A stretch of 63,986 bases of DNA, counting the filler, from Collodictyon triciliatum (taxonomy: Eukaryota), in NCBI GenBank assembly GCA_043381765.1. It is 4 parts of 4 records of this genome, joined end to end, with 100 filler letters (N's around TTAATTAATTAA, not from the genome) between each part and the next. Parts side by side here need not be neighbours in the genome. Positions count along the whole stretch, not along the records: positions 1 to 16,184 come from JBHJMP010001571.1; 3 more parts are not named here. One strand, given 5' to 3'. The translations under genes and the position numbers were made by a program. Within the stretch, counting starts at the first letter, position 1, and each line of letters begins with the position of its first letter. Under the pieces are notes generated by a model, which worked only from the letters and a program-made list of their open reading frames with translations, ran no database searches and was not told the DNA's origin. Below are positions 1 to 13,844 of the stretch, piece by piece.

Positions 1-84
<84 letters not shown>

Positions 85-120
85 CTTTTTTTTTCTTTTT
101 TTTCTTTTCTTTTTTTTCTT
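1..120. repeat. Poly-T / T-rich low-complexity tract at window start
   Basis: Nearly pure T with sporadic C. Confidence 0.95.
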
Positions 121-122
121 TC

Positions 123-152
123 CCCGGTGCGGAGCACGGGCACCACGGCTAG
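123..152 (+). mobile_element. Helitron-like 3' terminus (GC hairpin + CTAG)
   Basis: CCC(G)GTGC-GGA-GCACGGG stem-loop, 8-nt spacer, then CTAG followed by T of a (TA)n run; this is the standard Helitron 3' end layout. No RepHel sequence visible. Confidence 0.65.
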
Positions 153-611
153 TATATATATATATATCTGAGTCTTCTTCAAAGCAAAAAAACAAAAAAC
201 AAAAAACAAATATTGATCGCACAGGATGTATGGATTAATGTGCCACCTCTTATTTACTACAGCCCGGAAGACAGTTACAGAATAAAATATATATGAAGGC
301 ATGTATAATACACAAGCATACAAATTTTATTTATATTGAGCAATCAAGAGTCAATAGTGTTAACTAATATGTATTTATAAATAAATTCCATCAATGGAAA
401 GTAGACTTTCCTTACTTTTGTGGAAGTGTATCCGAGCAATCCAAAAACCGCTTCAAACGCAAACCCGAAACGCCGGATAACCGACTCGTACTTTAATCCC
501 ATCTCTCCCTTTCAAGGCGGTGCCAACGAGCTGGGCACAACCCCATGATGCAAGATCTGATTTTTTTAGACAGAAAGCAGCAAACCAATTGCAAAAGCAG
601 ACAACTCTCCG

Positions 612-1475
612 ATGAGTTCCCGCGATACAAGTAGAATTCCCACAAAAGAATGCACCCATTTGCTTCGATGCTGCGCGCAACTATGCCGTCAACTCACCGC
701 GAATGGGATGCCCATCCAAATCAATCCGACAGCTCTGGTTTCCGGCTGCATTGACGAGCACATCATGATTCATCAATTCCTTCTCATGCGGTTCTCCGGC
801 CCAATCCACCGATTCATCCTTCGCAACCACCCGTCGCTCCTTTTGCACATTCCTTCCGAAGCGCCTCGTGAGGCCGAGTCCGAGGATTCCTTGTCATCTA
901 TCTGCCGATATGCCTCAAGCACCCAATCAATCAGACTCGATCCCGCCCTTGTAATCCAAGCTACATCTCTCTTGGCCTCGCTTTACCCACAACTTGGGTC
1001 TCCCTTTTCCGCCAAGCAGTTCATTCAGTACTCAGCCGCACAGAAGGCTGACGTGACAACGGGGCTGGTTATTGGATTTCGAAACTGGCACAACTCGCTC
1101 GTCAGGTCTAAACGCGCATCACAGTCAGCTGAGTCTGGCTTCTCTGTCATTACGCACGACTCATCTGAATGTGCCACAAGGAGAATAACGAGTCCGATGA
1201 AAACACCGCAACCGAATCAGCAGCATCGATACGTGAGAAGCAGCCCGTCGCTGGAGCCGTCGCCTTGCTACCTGGCCGGTTCATCTTCGAGTGTGGATGG
1301 CAGCGATGATGGCAAGGCCGATGCGGATTGGGTTCGTCTGGTCGAGTCTCTGGAAAAAAACTTTGTACGGGAGTGCTTTGCATTCCAGGTTGATGAGGAG
1401 AGTCCGCTCGACGCCAGCCATCAGGTATCCTCCTTCGAGACTGTTGGAATAAAAGCCACGAATCTCGCTTGTTGA
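612..1475 (+). CDS. Intronless hypothetical protein (287 aa; alternative start ATG at 708)
   Basis: Long open frame, GC-richer than flanks, Ser/Pro-rich C-terminal half; no family recognised. Confidence 0.6.
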   Translation: MSSRDTSRIPTKECTHLLRCCAQLCRQLTANGMPIQINPTALVSGCIDEHIMIHQFLLMRFSGPIHRFILRNHPSLLLHIPSEAPREAESEDSLSSICRYASSTQSIRLDPALVIQATSLLASLYPQLGSPFSAKQFIQYSAAQKADVTTGLVIGFRNWHNSLVRSKRASQSAESGFSVITHDSSECATRRITSPMKTPQPNQQHRYVRSSPSLEPSPCYLAGSSSSVDGSDDGKADADWVRLVESLEKNFVRECFAFQVDEESPLDASHQVSSFETVGIKATNLAC

Positions 1476-2071
1476 CAAACAACAATAACCTATCACGCGC
1501 ATGAGAACGATACGAACAGCTGTTTGATGTGTTTCATTATTTTTTTTCATAATATCTTGATGGCGCAAGATGTATAGATATATAATTGTAATTATGAAGC
1601 AGAAAGGACGTAATGACGAAGTAGCGAACAAATAAAAAGGAGGGCGAGACCACTGTTTTTTTTCGGGTTTGCTTCTTCGTCTTGGTTTCTTTCCTTTTAA
1701 TGATATTTTCCCCTCCTTCTTGGGATGACTCCTGCATTGTTTGTGGTACGTAGTGCGACTTGTGCCGGGACGGTGGGTTGAGCAGAGGACATGCGAAGGT
1801 GGGAAAGAGAAATCCTAGATTCAGTACGCGACTTTCTACCTCGCATCCTTACATCATATCAAAAATAAAGAAAATGAGAGCGAAGCATAACAGATGAGAA
1901 CGGAATATAAAAAAGGGAATGAAGGAACGAAAAGGAGCACAAGAAAACATGTGGAGGAAAAAAAAGAAAATAGAAAATAATAGGATCGAGACGAGGTATT
2001 GGATAAAAGTTCCGATTCTTTCTATCCATATTATTCTCGCTTAATTTCTTTTCTTGCTGCATTTTTCTCTC

Positions 2072-3655
2072 CTAAAAGCCTATGGCCTCCAACTTCCGCT
2101 GTAGAATAATGGTTTTCACAGCATTCAGCACAAACTTCATGTTGTCAGTGTCTGTGGCGCATGTGAGCTATGTATCATTTGGGTTGTCAGTGGGTTGTAT
2201 AAAAAAAAAAAAAATGTGAAACGAGATAAGGCTAAGGAGTGAATAAAATGCGAACCTTGATGAAGATTTCTCGATGGTGAATTCTGAGTGACAGAATAAA
2301 TTCGATTCAATAATCCAACAGGTTTCAATGCAAAACTAAGTACGAATCTGAAAAAATACCTGTTTAGTTCCTTGAATCTATCTTGAATGTAGCCGGTGGC
2401 TTCAGGAAAGTTGTTTCCTCCTGACAAATAGCGTGCAATTAGAAGTCAACTATTTGGACAGAAGGGCGCGACTACACCCTATGCTTTTAAACGAATCTGT
2501 GATATTCTACACAGTAAAGCTTTTTCGAGTACCTTTATAATCTGGAAATGCAACAGTAAGCTGCTTTCCTTGCTCCAGCTTCCTCTTGAACAAGTCTTGC
2601 TTGTTCAAAAAAAGGATGAAAGGTGTGTGTTCAAACCTGGGTAATTATGAAAGGAGAAAACAATAAAAACGGGATTATTGAATACTGTGGAGTTGAAGTA
2701 TGAGAATGTTATATTATTATACCATTTGTTATCGCAAATCTCTTTGAACAGCTGCATCGATTCAGCCATGCGGTTGGTGTTCTCGTCTTCAAAAAGCACT
2801 TGATCAAACCTTCACAGATTCCGTAGATTCGTTCAGTGGTGTCATTAGGATAAATCAAACATACACCCATTACATTATGTCTTCTTTTTATCTATAAAAG
2901 TAAAAATGTGTATTCTGACACAAAATAGACACATCAAATGTATATTACTAGAATCAAAGTAGAAAAAAAAAACAATTTAAATGGAAAGTATGAGAAAATC
3001 TACTCGCTGAGTGCAACAACAAATATGACGCAGGTGACATCGCCGAAACATGACATCCATTTTTTTCGCTCACTTCTCTGACCCCCGACATCCACAACAC
3101 GAAAAGCATTTGAGTCGATGTTAAAGGTGGTCTCTGTAACCCCAGTCGTTGCAACTCTCGAGCGTAGAATATCCTGAAAATGAAATAATTATTTATCATG
3201 AGTTGTGATATCAAAGAGAGAAAAATTCAAATGAAAAAGAGGAGAAAAAAGAGAGAGGAAAGAAACAAAGCATATACCTGCTCATTAGGCGCATACGTCG
3301 GTGCGCTGATGCGTTCGATGTTCTCAAAGTAGCTGTTTAGGAGAGAAGGCGAAATATGAATATAAAAAAATTCGAATCAATTCTACTTGATATACGCATA
3401 TTCTGGTAGAATACACAGGGAATATTCCAATATATAAAGGGAGAGGGTGGAGCGACTGATAAATCGGTTAGTAGAACACTTGGTCACTCACTATGCGGCA
3501 GAATCAATCAACTGGAATTCGTTTCGCCTTTCATATGCTTTCTGAATGTCTACATCTTCCCAAATCTGCTTGATAGACGCTCCCACCGAGGTAGAAAAGT
3601 CGTTTTTGCCTGTGAGCTCCTTGATTGTCGCAACATTTTGCTGGTGGAAGGGTAA

Positions 3656-3751
<96 letters not shown>

Positions 3752-4318
3752 AAATGAGTGAATGAGAATTGAATAAAACAAAATGAAAACGGAATAACCA
3801 ACAGGATAACTAAACTATTATAGGCGAAATGATGTCCATCTGAACTGAGATTATAAAGGAAAATAACGTAGAATGTACAAACATAAGTCTCTTCGTTGCT
3901 GACCACGATATTGAGTTTCTCTGCGCCACTAATCAGGCTTTGCATGCTCTTCACCACATTGAAAAAGATCACATCCTTGTACGAAGAATACTCATCACGA
4001 GAAAAGCCAGACCCGTAAATCAGTTTCATCTGCTTCAGGATTGTGCTCTTGCCAGACTCGCCCGCACCTTTGTTTTCAGACATATTGTTTCAAACCTCAT
4101 TTCGAGAGGATCAGAAAGAACAAAAAGAAAAAGAAAATATTATGCATATATATATTCGAAGCCTGTCTAAAGAGAAACGAATCCTCACCAAGCAAAAGCA
4201 TTTTGATCTCTTTCGCGAGCCGATCGCGCTCCACCTCCAACTCACGCTCGATTCTCTTTGAGTGAGCACGGCTGACTTCGTCCTCAGGGTTGGCCGGTTG
4301 TGATCCGCAGCAGCCCAT
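2072..4318 (-). CDS. Heterotrimeric G-protein alpha subunit, 10 exons
   Basis: Spliced product has MGCC N-terminus, [43 protein letters not shown], ends KLEAIGF*; all nine introns GT-AG and phase-compatible. Confidence 0.97.
3656..3755. repeat. (AAAT)n microsatellite in G-alpha intron 2
   Basis: Tandem AAAT visible directly. Confidence 0.95.
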
Positions 4319-4993
4319 TCTGGCGTTGATTCGCAGTGCCTTATCAAGCTCTTTTAGTCACGTGGCTCAGAACGCCCAAAGCTCCTTATAATCCCAGTGA
4401 ATAAAAAAAACAAAAACAAAAAACAAAAAAACAATAAAAACAATAAAAACAAAAAAAACAAAAAAAACAAAAAAAACAAAAAAAAAAGAAATTAATAATT
4501 AATAATTAATAGTCATAATAAAGGGCCATTTTTCTGACACCTTGAAGCGCTTGGATCGGCACTCACAGAGAGGATAATGAAAGAGAGCAAAAAGAAAAAA
4601 TGAAAAAAAATAAATGGTTGTTGCTTTACCGCCAAAAGAACCAAAGTTTGTTCCAAATCAGATCCAAAGCCGAAAGAATAATCACGTAGACTGAATAGCG
4701 GATGAGCTATATATGGACATTCTGAATAGCGCAATCATCGTATATACATTTCTGGAAAATATACTCTGTGTATTTTATGGGTGATGTCAATTTTAACCAA
4801 GACTGGAATATGTTCTCTGAAAGAAAGAAGGACAGAACGCGTATTCCTGTCACATTACACAACAGCAGCAGAAGCGGATGGCCCGAAAACTCGTCAGACG
4901 TTCTGTTCTCGCATCAACAAATGACAGGTACATATATCTCATTTCGTAACTCACAACCCCATATCATTCTATATCTCGGCCGGTCTTTATATC

Positions 4994-7900
4994 CTACTTC
5001 CTACTCTCACGGATTGGGCGATTTGATGGGCTTGTGCTTGCAAGTGCAGGTTTCTTTGCAGACCGCGATGCAGACGAATGTGTCTTTGGTTTTGCCGACG
5101 AGGAATTGGATTTCGGTGGTGTTGCTTCGACGAGCGATGCAGTTTCCTTCCTCTTGCGATACGGCGTTTCTCGCAGTCTGGGAATGTTTTCGGCCAGCGC
5201 AGGGAGTGGCGATTCACGCACAGATTTCCGTTCTTTTTTCTTGGGCCGGCCTCGTTTTCTTTTGCCGGATGATTCGGGCGTCGCTGTCAAAGATGCTTCG
5301 CTATGAAGCTCAGACTCTGGTTCGGATTCCGTCTCCGCCTCGGCCAGATTCTCCTCTGTATCCGCTGATTGACATATTTATTTTGTTAGACGGGGAAGGA
5401 ATCCAACAAATACGCGTTGATATATGAAAAATTCACTTTCATCGTCGTCTGAGCGCGCATTCGATGTTGCCTCGCTCTCAATGGGCTGCGAGTAGTCGGA
5501 TTTCTCGGTGTTTCTTGCAGAGGCAGTCTCACTCTCCGCGCACTCGGTTTCCTCCATAATACTTTTGAAGAGCTCGCGCGATGGATTTGGTTTCTTTTCC
5601 CCACTTTCCGCTTCGTCATGAAAACCTTCCTCAGGGTGTCGATTTTCTTGATTTTTTGATTGCTCTAGCATCTTCAAGTCATGGGGAGAGAGGTTATCAT
5701 ATTGATGACCCGAATATCTGCCAATGTCACTTGAAATTTGTTGTGTTTCAGTCTGTATATTGTGCTCTATCGTTTCTTCATTAAGGATGGTGCCGTGGGA
5801 CTCTGACGCAGTGGCCATGTTTCCCTCAGATAAAGAAGTTGAGCTTTGCGAAGAGTCTAGAATGTTGGAGCTGTTTGGTTCCTGGTTAATCGGGGCATCT
5901 TGGTCGCTGTCTTGTGCTATCATCGTATCATCCACAATAGTTGTATCCCCAAGTTCAGATGTGTCTCCTTCCACAAACCGATTTGTGATGTTTTGGTCCG
6001 TATGGTATCCGCTGTCCATTGTTGTATTATTCAAGGGAACTCTAAGCATGTGAAAAAAGTCCTTTATTTTTCTTTTTTCTTTTTGGGATGTATTAAAGGC
6101 GAAAACAATATATTCACTTTAAAAAGAAAAATTTAATCTTTTTTTTTTTTGCTTCAAGGCAAAGAAGAGGTATGTTGGGCTCAAAATCAAGGCCAATTGG
6201 TTTCATGTTGCTTTAGTCATCAATTACCGAACGGTTATTTCTCCGTCTATACGAGCAACCCGGCGCGGAATCCAAAGTGGACTAGACTCTGTTAATCTGG
6301 AGTTGATTCCCACAACATTACCACCGCTCATAATAGAGGTATCCTTTTTATTTTTAGCAAATATTTGTTAGGAAATGGGGGTTTAATTTGGTTGAATACA
6401 TCGTTCTTTGCAATGAAAAAAAAAAGAAGGAAAATTGTTAGAGTCTGCTTATGCTATTAACAGAAAAGGTTGTCCTTAGTTTTAGTTAAGATAAGCTAAC
6501 ATTCTCGGTCAACGTTGAATCATTAGGGTCGACGCTGGCGTTGCGAATATCGGAGAGATCGAGATTTCCGCTTCGATCTACAGCAAATTTGCGATTAAAG
6601 CAAGGATATGAATTTCTATATTTTAGTTGAATTTGAATGACAGAAAATTCAAATATAGTCACGATGGCGTTTCAAGTAATTTTAAATCGTATTCGATTGG
6701 AGACATAATACGAGTTTAATCAAATGAGCTGTGCATATCAATTTAGCACATGTATTCATCCTTTTCACCTTCTCGGTTTGTAAGTTCGACACAACTGAGA
6801 TTGACAACGTTTGAGGAGTCTTTAGCATCGCTAGAGTTAGCATTTTCATGCCCATCCGCATGACTATCATCAACTTCGTTGGTATTCCTTTCTGTGCTAT
6901 CATCAAAATTTTCCTTTGCTTTATATTAACAATTTATCAGCTAGGAAATGCAACGCAAGGAGCGAAGTCTATAAGATGCGGAAAAAAAGATACCTATTTT
7001 TAAAATTTTAACTAAAACAAATTGTAGTAGTAAGCATGTAAACCCATACTTTTGGATAAATCGGTCTGATGATTGCCCAATTCGTTAGAACTTTCAAGAT
7101 TGGTACCGAGTCTACATGATTTCATCGAAATGTGAATATGATGCTATCAAATTGAACTGAAATAAACAAAATATGAGAGATTGCGTGGATTTAGAAACAT
7201 AATTGTCGTTTGTAAGTACTTGGATTCGAAAGGAAGCGTGTCGTCATTTGAAAGGAACGATTTTTCGGCATGAAGGGAATTGTCGAAGGTCAAGTTTGTT
7301 GGATTGATTTTATATCGCTGGGATATTCGAGACACCATCGAAGTATTCATAACAGAGTCGTGCATCGACTATAAAATTTAAGAAAAGTAAGAAATATTGA
7401 CACTTGAGAAAGAAAGATATTCTAAAAAATTCAGCGACAAGAGACATAACAAAAATTTATAAGCCAATAAATGTTTGTACTAGAATTAACTAAAAGAAGA
7501 TAATTACGTGATTGATATTTCCACGAAAAGGAGAGGAGGCAGGGACTAAATGGAAAATATTATGTAAGTAATTATCAGGATATACAGTATGCTCCCAAGT
7601 TTACAAAATATGTTGCCATTACAAGGTCTGGGATTGGTGCTTGAGATAACTCTCATTCTTGGCCTGTTAGAACAATTTTTTTTAACAAGTGATAAATCTA
7701 TTTTTTTTTGATTATGTTTTTATCACAACATCTATATATGCTGAGGGAGCAACATACGTTGCGAGCGTATGGGAAAATGAAGAATTGAACCCAACAGGAG
7801 GTTTGGGCGTCGCAAGAATTTGATCTTTCGTGGTGTCCATTTGTACGTTTTCTTTATAGAAAATGAATTAATAAAAGATGTGAAATCCACTCGATATGCA

Positions 7901-10900
7901 AACAAGCATCTTATTAGAGAGAAATATTACAAATGTATTAGGTTCAAAACAAATATAAAATAAGAGCTTACTTCTTTAAATAAAAGTGTGTGGGTCAGAA
8001 GAGATTAGTGATGAATATTGCCGCTTTATTAGAAACTAGATGGTTTTGCAAGCATACGTGATTCGTGACGGTATGTTAAAAATGCAATATTCACCTTGCG
8101 TTTAGTGACATTGGGGAGGGTGCTTTTGTGCTGTTAGAAGCAGAAATCCGCTTGGATGCCTGCAAATGTATTAAACAATGAGAGAACAGAAAATGAATTC
8201 ACTTAAATGAAAAATGAAAAATTTAACATGTAAAATGTAAAATGAAATACAGACATGTTGCTTTGGAGATGGCGACGTAAAATCAGACCTACATAAAATT
8301 TTTAGGAATTGCAAAAAGATAACTAAAAAATTCCGGATATTTGTATATTTTTTTTTTAAGGATACCTAATTGAAGAGTTGACATCCTCTAAAAACCAGAG
8401 ATTTACAATGATCAGAATCAAATAATTAATTTGATTATTGAAAACAATTTTCAATATAAATACATCAATAAACCATCATCAACACCAACATCACTATCAC
8501 CAAAATGAAAAATAAAAAAAGCAAAGAAATCATATGTGAGGAGAAATTAGTGCCATATACCTTCGAATGGAAGGCTCTTTAATGATTTCAAATGCTCCAT
8601 CTATATTTGTGAGCATTTGTGTGTTATAAAAATTGAAAAGGGCGAAAAAATTTTTAAATATAAGACTTTAATGTGAACACTTCGTAATGAATATATCAAG
8701 GCAGCAAAAAGGAAAACCAAAATATCAGTGTTTAAAGGACATTAAATTGATTTTTTATGAATAAAATTATCCCCACAAAGTCTGCGGTAACTTTTTGGAG
8801 AGACATGTTATGAGAGATTGGATTCTCGAAGAGAAAAACGCTTTTAATTTCAGAAAACTTCAATCGGCCGATGAAATAATAAAGCAATAGCCTGTAGTAC
8901 TCATGGTTCTACAGGGTGAAAATAAAGAATAATCAGTCATGAAGCAGAGTTTATTTTTATGACTTTTTAAAGATTGAAACGACAAATTGCAGAGCCTAAA
9001 ATACCAAAAATTACACCTAATTTAAAGTACCACGAACCTTTGTCCTCATAATCCAAGAGATCATCTCTTTTTCTTCAGTTGGGTTCAAATCCAGGCAAAA
9101 AACTTCAACGAATTTGTTTCCTTTACATCATTTGAGTATATCGTTATGATTTTTTTCTTCCTTTCCAACGAAATTCAATAAATCATATCTTTCATGTAAA
9201 GTTACCTTGGTTCATGGTCATTATCATATTGATGATCGATGCAACAGAGTATGCGTTTTCCGGGTCCAAGAAACTGATTCGACGCTATGTCATTTTTTCA
9301 GATGATGAAGCACATATTGTCTTTGATTCACAATATTAACCAAATGTGATAGATTCTAATGATGTTGGTTATATGGTTCTTACCAATAAATCAATCGCAT
9401 TTTTTACCAATTTATTTCGACAGTACACATAGGCAATCCATTTCATGTTTTCTGTATCATCTTCTTTAATCTGTTGCATATTTCAGGAATAAGTATTATA
9501 CCACTCTTTTTCTAAAACCAAACACATTTATTAAATCCAGGCTGACATACCCTTTTTCTTTTTTCTTTTTTAAAAAAAAAGAGTATATTTCATGTAAAAA
9601 TTAATGACTGTGTTTTCTTGAAAAACGAAACCATACGCATAATTTGTGGACGCATCGAAGTGCTAAATCATATCTTCTATGATGACAGAGCAGCTCAATA
9701 ATCAAGAATTCAAAACCCATCGATAATGTCCCATGGGAAATGTTGGTGACAGCATCCTAAAAAAAAAAATAGATGTGTTCATCTCTGCAAGGTAAAATGA
9801 GACGTACCACTATGTTTATCAATTATTGAATTCATATATATGTTTGTTCTTGATTTAGCAAATAGAAATCGATACGTCCAGTCGACCATGGTCAAGAAGC
9901 CAAAGGAACTGAGTAATCTGAAGATTTAAATGGCTCATTTCAGAGTATTTTTTTTAAAAGGAATATACAAATATTCATCTCTAAACCGACGTTTTCTAAT
10001 TTTAAAATGTTAAATCCCATTCGAAATTTTTAAAAGGATTATTTATATTTGTGCATTTATTATGCACTCAACCCCGATTGTGGATTGTGACAATCCAGCA
10101 TTGTGCAGTGCATCAGCAAGCTTCTCGAGGAGTGACTTTCCGGCATCTTCAAAGCTCTTTAGATCGCGATATCTCAACTCCAACAGAACATAAACGAGCT
10201 GTTGGGTCATAATATGAGGGAACATATAAGGGTGATTTACATTCCAAAGTAAACGGCATGCTTATACGTAATAATGAAGGTATACCATCATCTCATTTGC
10301 AGGTGAGTTCACTGACCGAACCTTCAAATCGCACAAAAATTTGCTATAAGGTTGAATGTTCCATCAGAATTCAACAATGGAAGTACAGAAATAGCATATG
10401 TTTTAGATATTTTTATGTGATACATATGCGAGCCATGATTTGAACCTTAATTCGGTTCCTTGAAAAAGGTTATGATCTCCTAAAGATACACCACTGCTTA
10501 TTTCATCAAGAAATATGATTACTCTGGATTGCGGGGTTGCGCTAATTATAAGAAAAGAAGGCGATTATTATGCAGGATAAAGTAATGTTACTATAAGAGC
10601 AAAAAATAATACACATCAAGAAATAGTATACCATAATGATATAATTAAGAATAGAATATCGATAAAAGGATAAACACGGGAAACAACGACAGTTAAATAA
10701 ATGACATAAAATTAATTTTATGAGACATTACGCATCCGACGATTTCTCTATGCTTGAAAGACGTGATGCATATGCCTCCTTCAATTCATCGAGAACCTCG
10801 TCGAGATCGAGTGACTGTGTTAGAATACCATGAAGAGCTTCATTTTCTTTGCAAGGATATGCTTGTGAGACTCGCTCAAAGTACATAATCATAGAGATGG

Positions 10901-13749
10901 CCTAATTAATTCAAATCTTAATGACTTCACCAACACCACTTTGATCAAGACGGAATGAAGAAAATACAAGACAAATTGCAAAATTGGAAAGAAAACATGT
11001 TGGGAATACACGAGCAAGAAATTGCCTATTTAAAAGAAAAACGAACCCATGAATAAGATGCTATACGTCCAAGTTTTGCGCGATTGGTATTATCTAGAAC
11101 ATCCTCACCCTTTTTTTCAAGAATGGAAACGATCTGGCGAACATCTAAAATCAAAAAAGAAAAAGAACAGCCTTTTAATTGATGCAGAGGCTATGAATTA
11201 GTAGGCAAGCATCATCAGTATCAAGTGTAATTTAAAATGTGTAAAAGGAAGCGAGAACAAACAATCAAGAGTTCCAGGGATATTTGATTTTGGGACGGTT
11301 TGAATGAAATCGCCTATTATATTTTGGTGTATTTTAGTGTTGGATTCATATTTAATGAATATTTCTTATAAATGTGATTGAATTTTCTGAACCTATGCTC
11401 AAATTTTTCCGATAAAAAGAGAAGAAGAAAAAAAGAAATAGCGAGAAGAACATGAAAATAAACTTGTGTATTCTTCCAAAGAGTCAATAAACTGGGTAAG
11501 TTCTGATGGATCGTGGGGTGCGCCGATTACTATTGCAGCATATTATTTTAAGATTAAGAATATCATGATTGAGTTTACTGCTGAAAATTATTTCTTCAGT
11601 AATCCGTGCAATTGATTATATTTTTTTATGAAAACTTCCTAACTAAAACTCTGATAAAGAAAGTTGGTGTTATTAAACCTTCGAATATCACATCCGATAT
11701 TTTGAGGACGAATGCTGCATGAAAACAGAAAGTGATAGCATCGCAAGAATCAGGGAGTGGCCCAACTCTCGTCAGAATATCCGGTACATTTCTAACTGTT
11801 TTGTCAGCCATGCGCTCTTGAATCCACAATCGAAGGTCCTTTATTTCCTGTCAATTTAGATGGTTGTTTTTTTTTTTTTTTAAAAAAAAAAGAATCAGTA
11901 TTTGTATTTGAAGGGTTGCGCGATTCACTTGTAATTTAAGGTTGGGTTAGTATTTAATTCGCAGAAAAGGGATATTTTCTCACATCACAATCAAGTACAC
12001 AGGACAAAAAAAAAAAACACTTTTTTTAACAAAATAGTTCTCATGTAATTTCCTTTTACCAGTAAAAATGGAGTTTCGAACTCAAATTCAACTGATTCAG
12101 TCGGAGAGATAAGAGACAGATGACAACTGGAAGTTACATCTGCGAAAAAAAATGGATAGCGATGCTTAAGCAGAGCTGTTTATTAATATATCGCAAGAAA
12201 AAAAGCGAGACGAATGCAAGATAATTATACATTTTCAACCACGTGCGCGTATTAAAATAAATAAACGAGAGGTAGAAAAAAAAGAGACCGACAGTTTTTG
12301 AATTCAGGGGATTCGATCAGTGCCTTGGGTAACGCATAAGCGTGCTGTATTGCGGAAGATTAAATCACGCATGGATTTACAAAAAAATTAAAACAAAGGA
12401 AAATAAAGCCTAAATCAACAAAGCCTGCTTTAAAATTGCAAAAGTTGCATCACCGAATAGTCGATTTCAAATTCCTCCTGAGTCAAGGTGTAGACATAAT
12501 CAACTTCGGATGCATTATGAGAGCCAAGGAATTCGATGCCATGAAACAGTTTTGTTGCTTGTCCCGCTACAAATGTGACAATTTCAAAAATTTGTTTGCA
12601 ATTTGTCGATTATATCAAAAAAGATTCCATACCATTTTCAGAAAGGATAATGTATTCGCTTATCAAAGGCTGTTTCATCAGGGCTATTTCAAATATCATT
12701 AATATCAAATCATTATTCAAGAATGTGAAATAATACAAAGAAGGCTTTTGAATTTTGAGCAGAAAGATTTTACAATTGTAAATTTGATTTTTTGAGAGAA
12801 TATCGAAATAAGGTGCTTATATCTTTATACAAGAACGAAGGGGAAGCACTCGTAGTGACTGTTCTTTGTCAAAAACTGTAGAATGACATGCGGTGACTCT
12901 GGAATAAAAAAAATTGGAACATAAAATGTACAATTGCCAATCAATCAGACGGATGGATGGATGAGAATTCAGGCGTGGTATATATGACATATTACAAAAG
13001 ATCCCTGACAATAGCCCACAAAGAGGCATTCTTGCTATTTATGAATGCATATTGCCTTCTCATTTTGTAGGATTGTGATTAATTGGAGAGAAATAATACC
13101 TTCCCGAGTTTGGGTGAATGAACCATGAATTGATGCGGTTCTCATAAGAGCATATGAGATGAATCAAACTCTAAGGAATGAATGGAATTATTTATTATTT
13201 TTTTTGTTGTGAGACTCAAAAAGATACAGAAACTCGTAAATTAGAAGGTGGCATACATAAACCATTGAATATGAAATTCTCAGGAAATCAAGTAGAATGT
13301 ATTATATGACTTTTAGAAGAGATGGACTGCCTTATTTTGGTTAGAAATGACAATGAGGGAGGACGGAGATATCAAATCTGCAGCAATTTAGGTATTATAG
13401 GATTGAATGAGAAAGTGTGTGAGTTTAAATGCCATTACATTATACGAATATGTCACAGGTTGTTTATTGACCGTCACAATTACCTGAGTGCTCTACGCAA
13501 CACAGGTGCGTGGTTGATGAGGACGCCCACAAATCAGCATGCCCCTTTGTGGAAAGGCTCACGAGAATAGACGCGTCGTTGGAGCAGTACAATTTTGAAA
13601 CCTGATAAATGGGGACTAATATTCAGTTCGTGCTAAATGTAATGATGCAACAAATGCAATTAAAAAACGCAATCATTTAAAAAATTCTGATAGTGCCACA
13701 CTTACAAGTAATTTTCAAAATAATGATAAAAATGATGATGATGATGATG

Positions 13750-13844
<95 letters not shown>

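Noticed and set aside
980-1120. Homeodomain-like FRNW segment in the orphan ORF
   Set aside because: Lacks the WFxN.R spacing and other homeodomain hallmarks.
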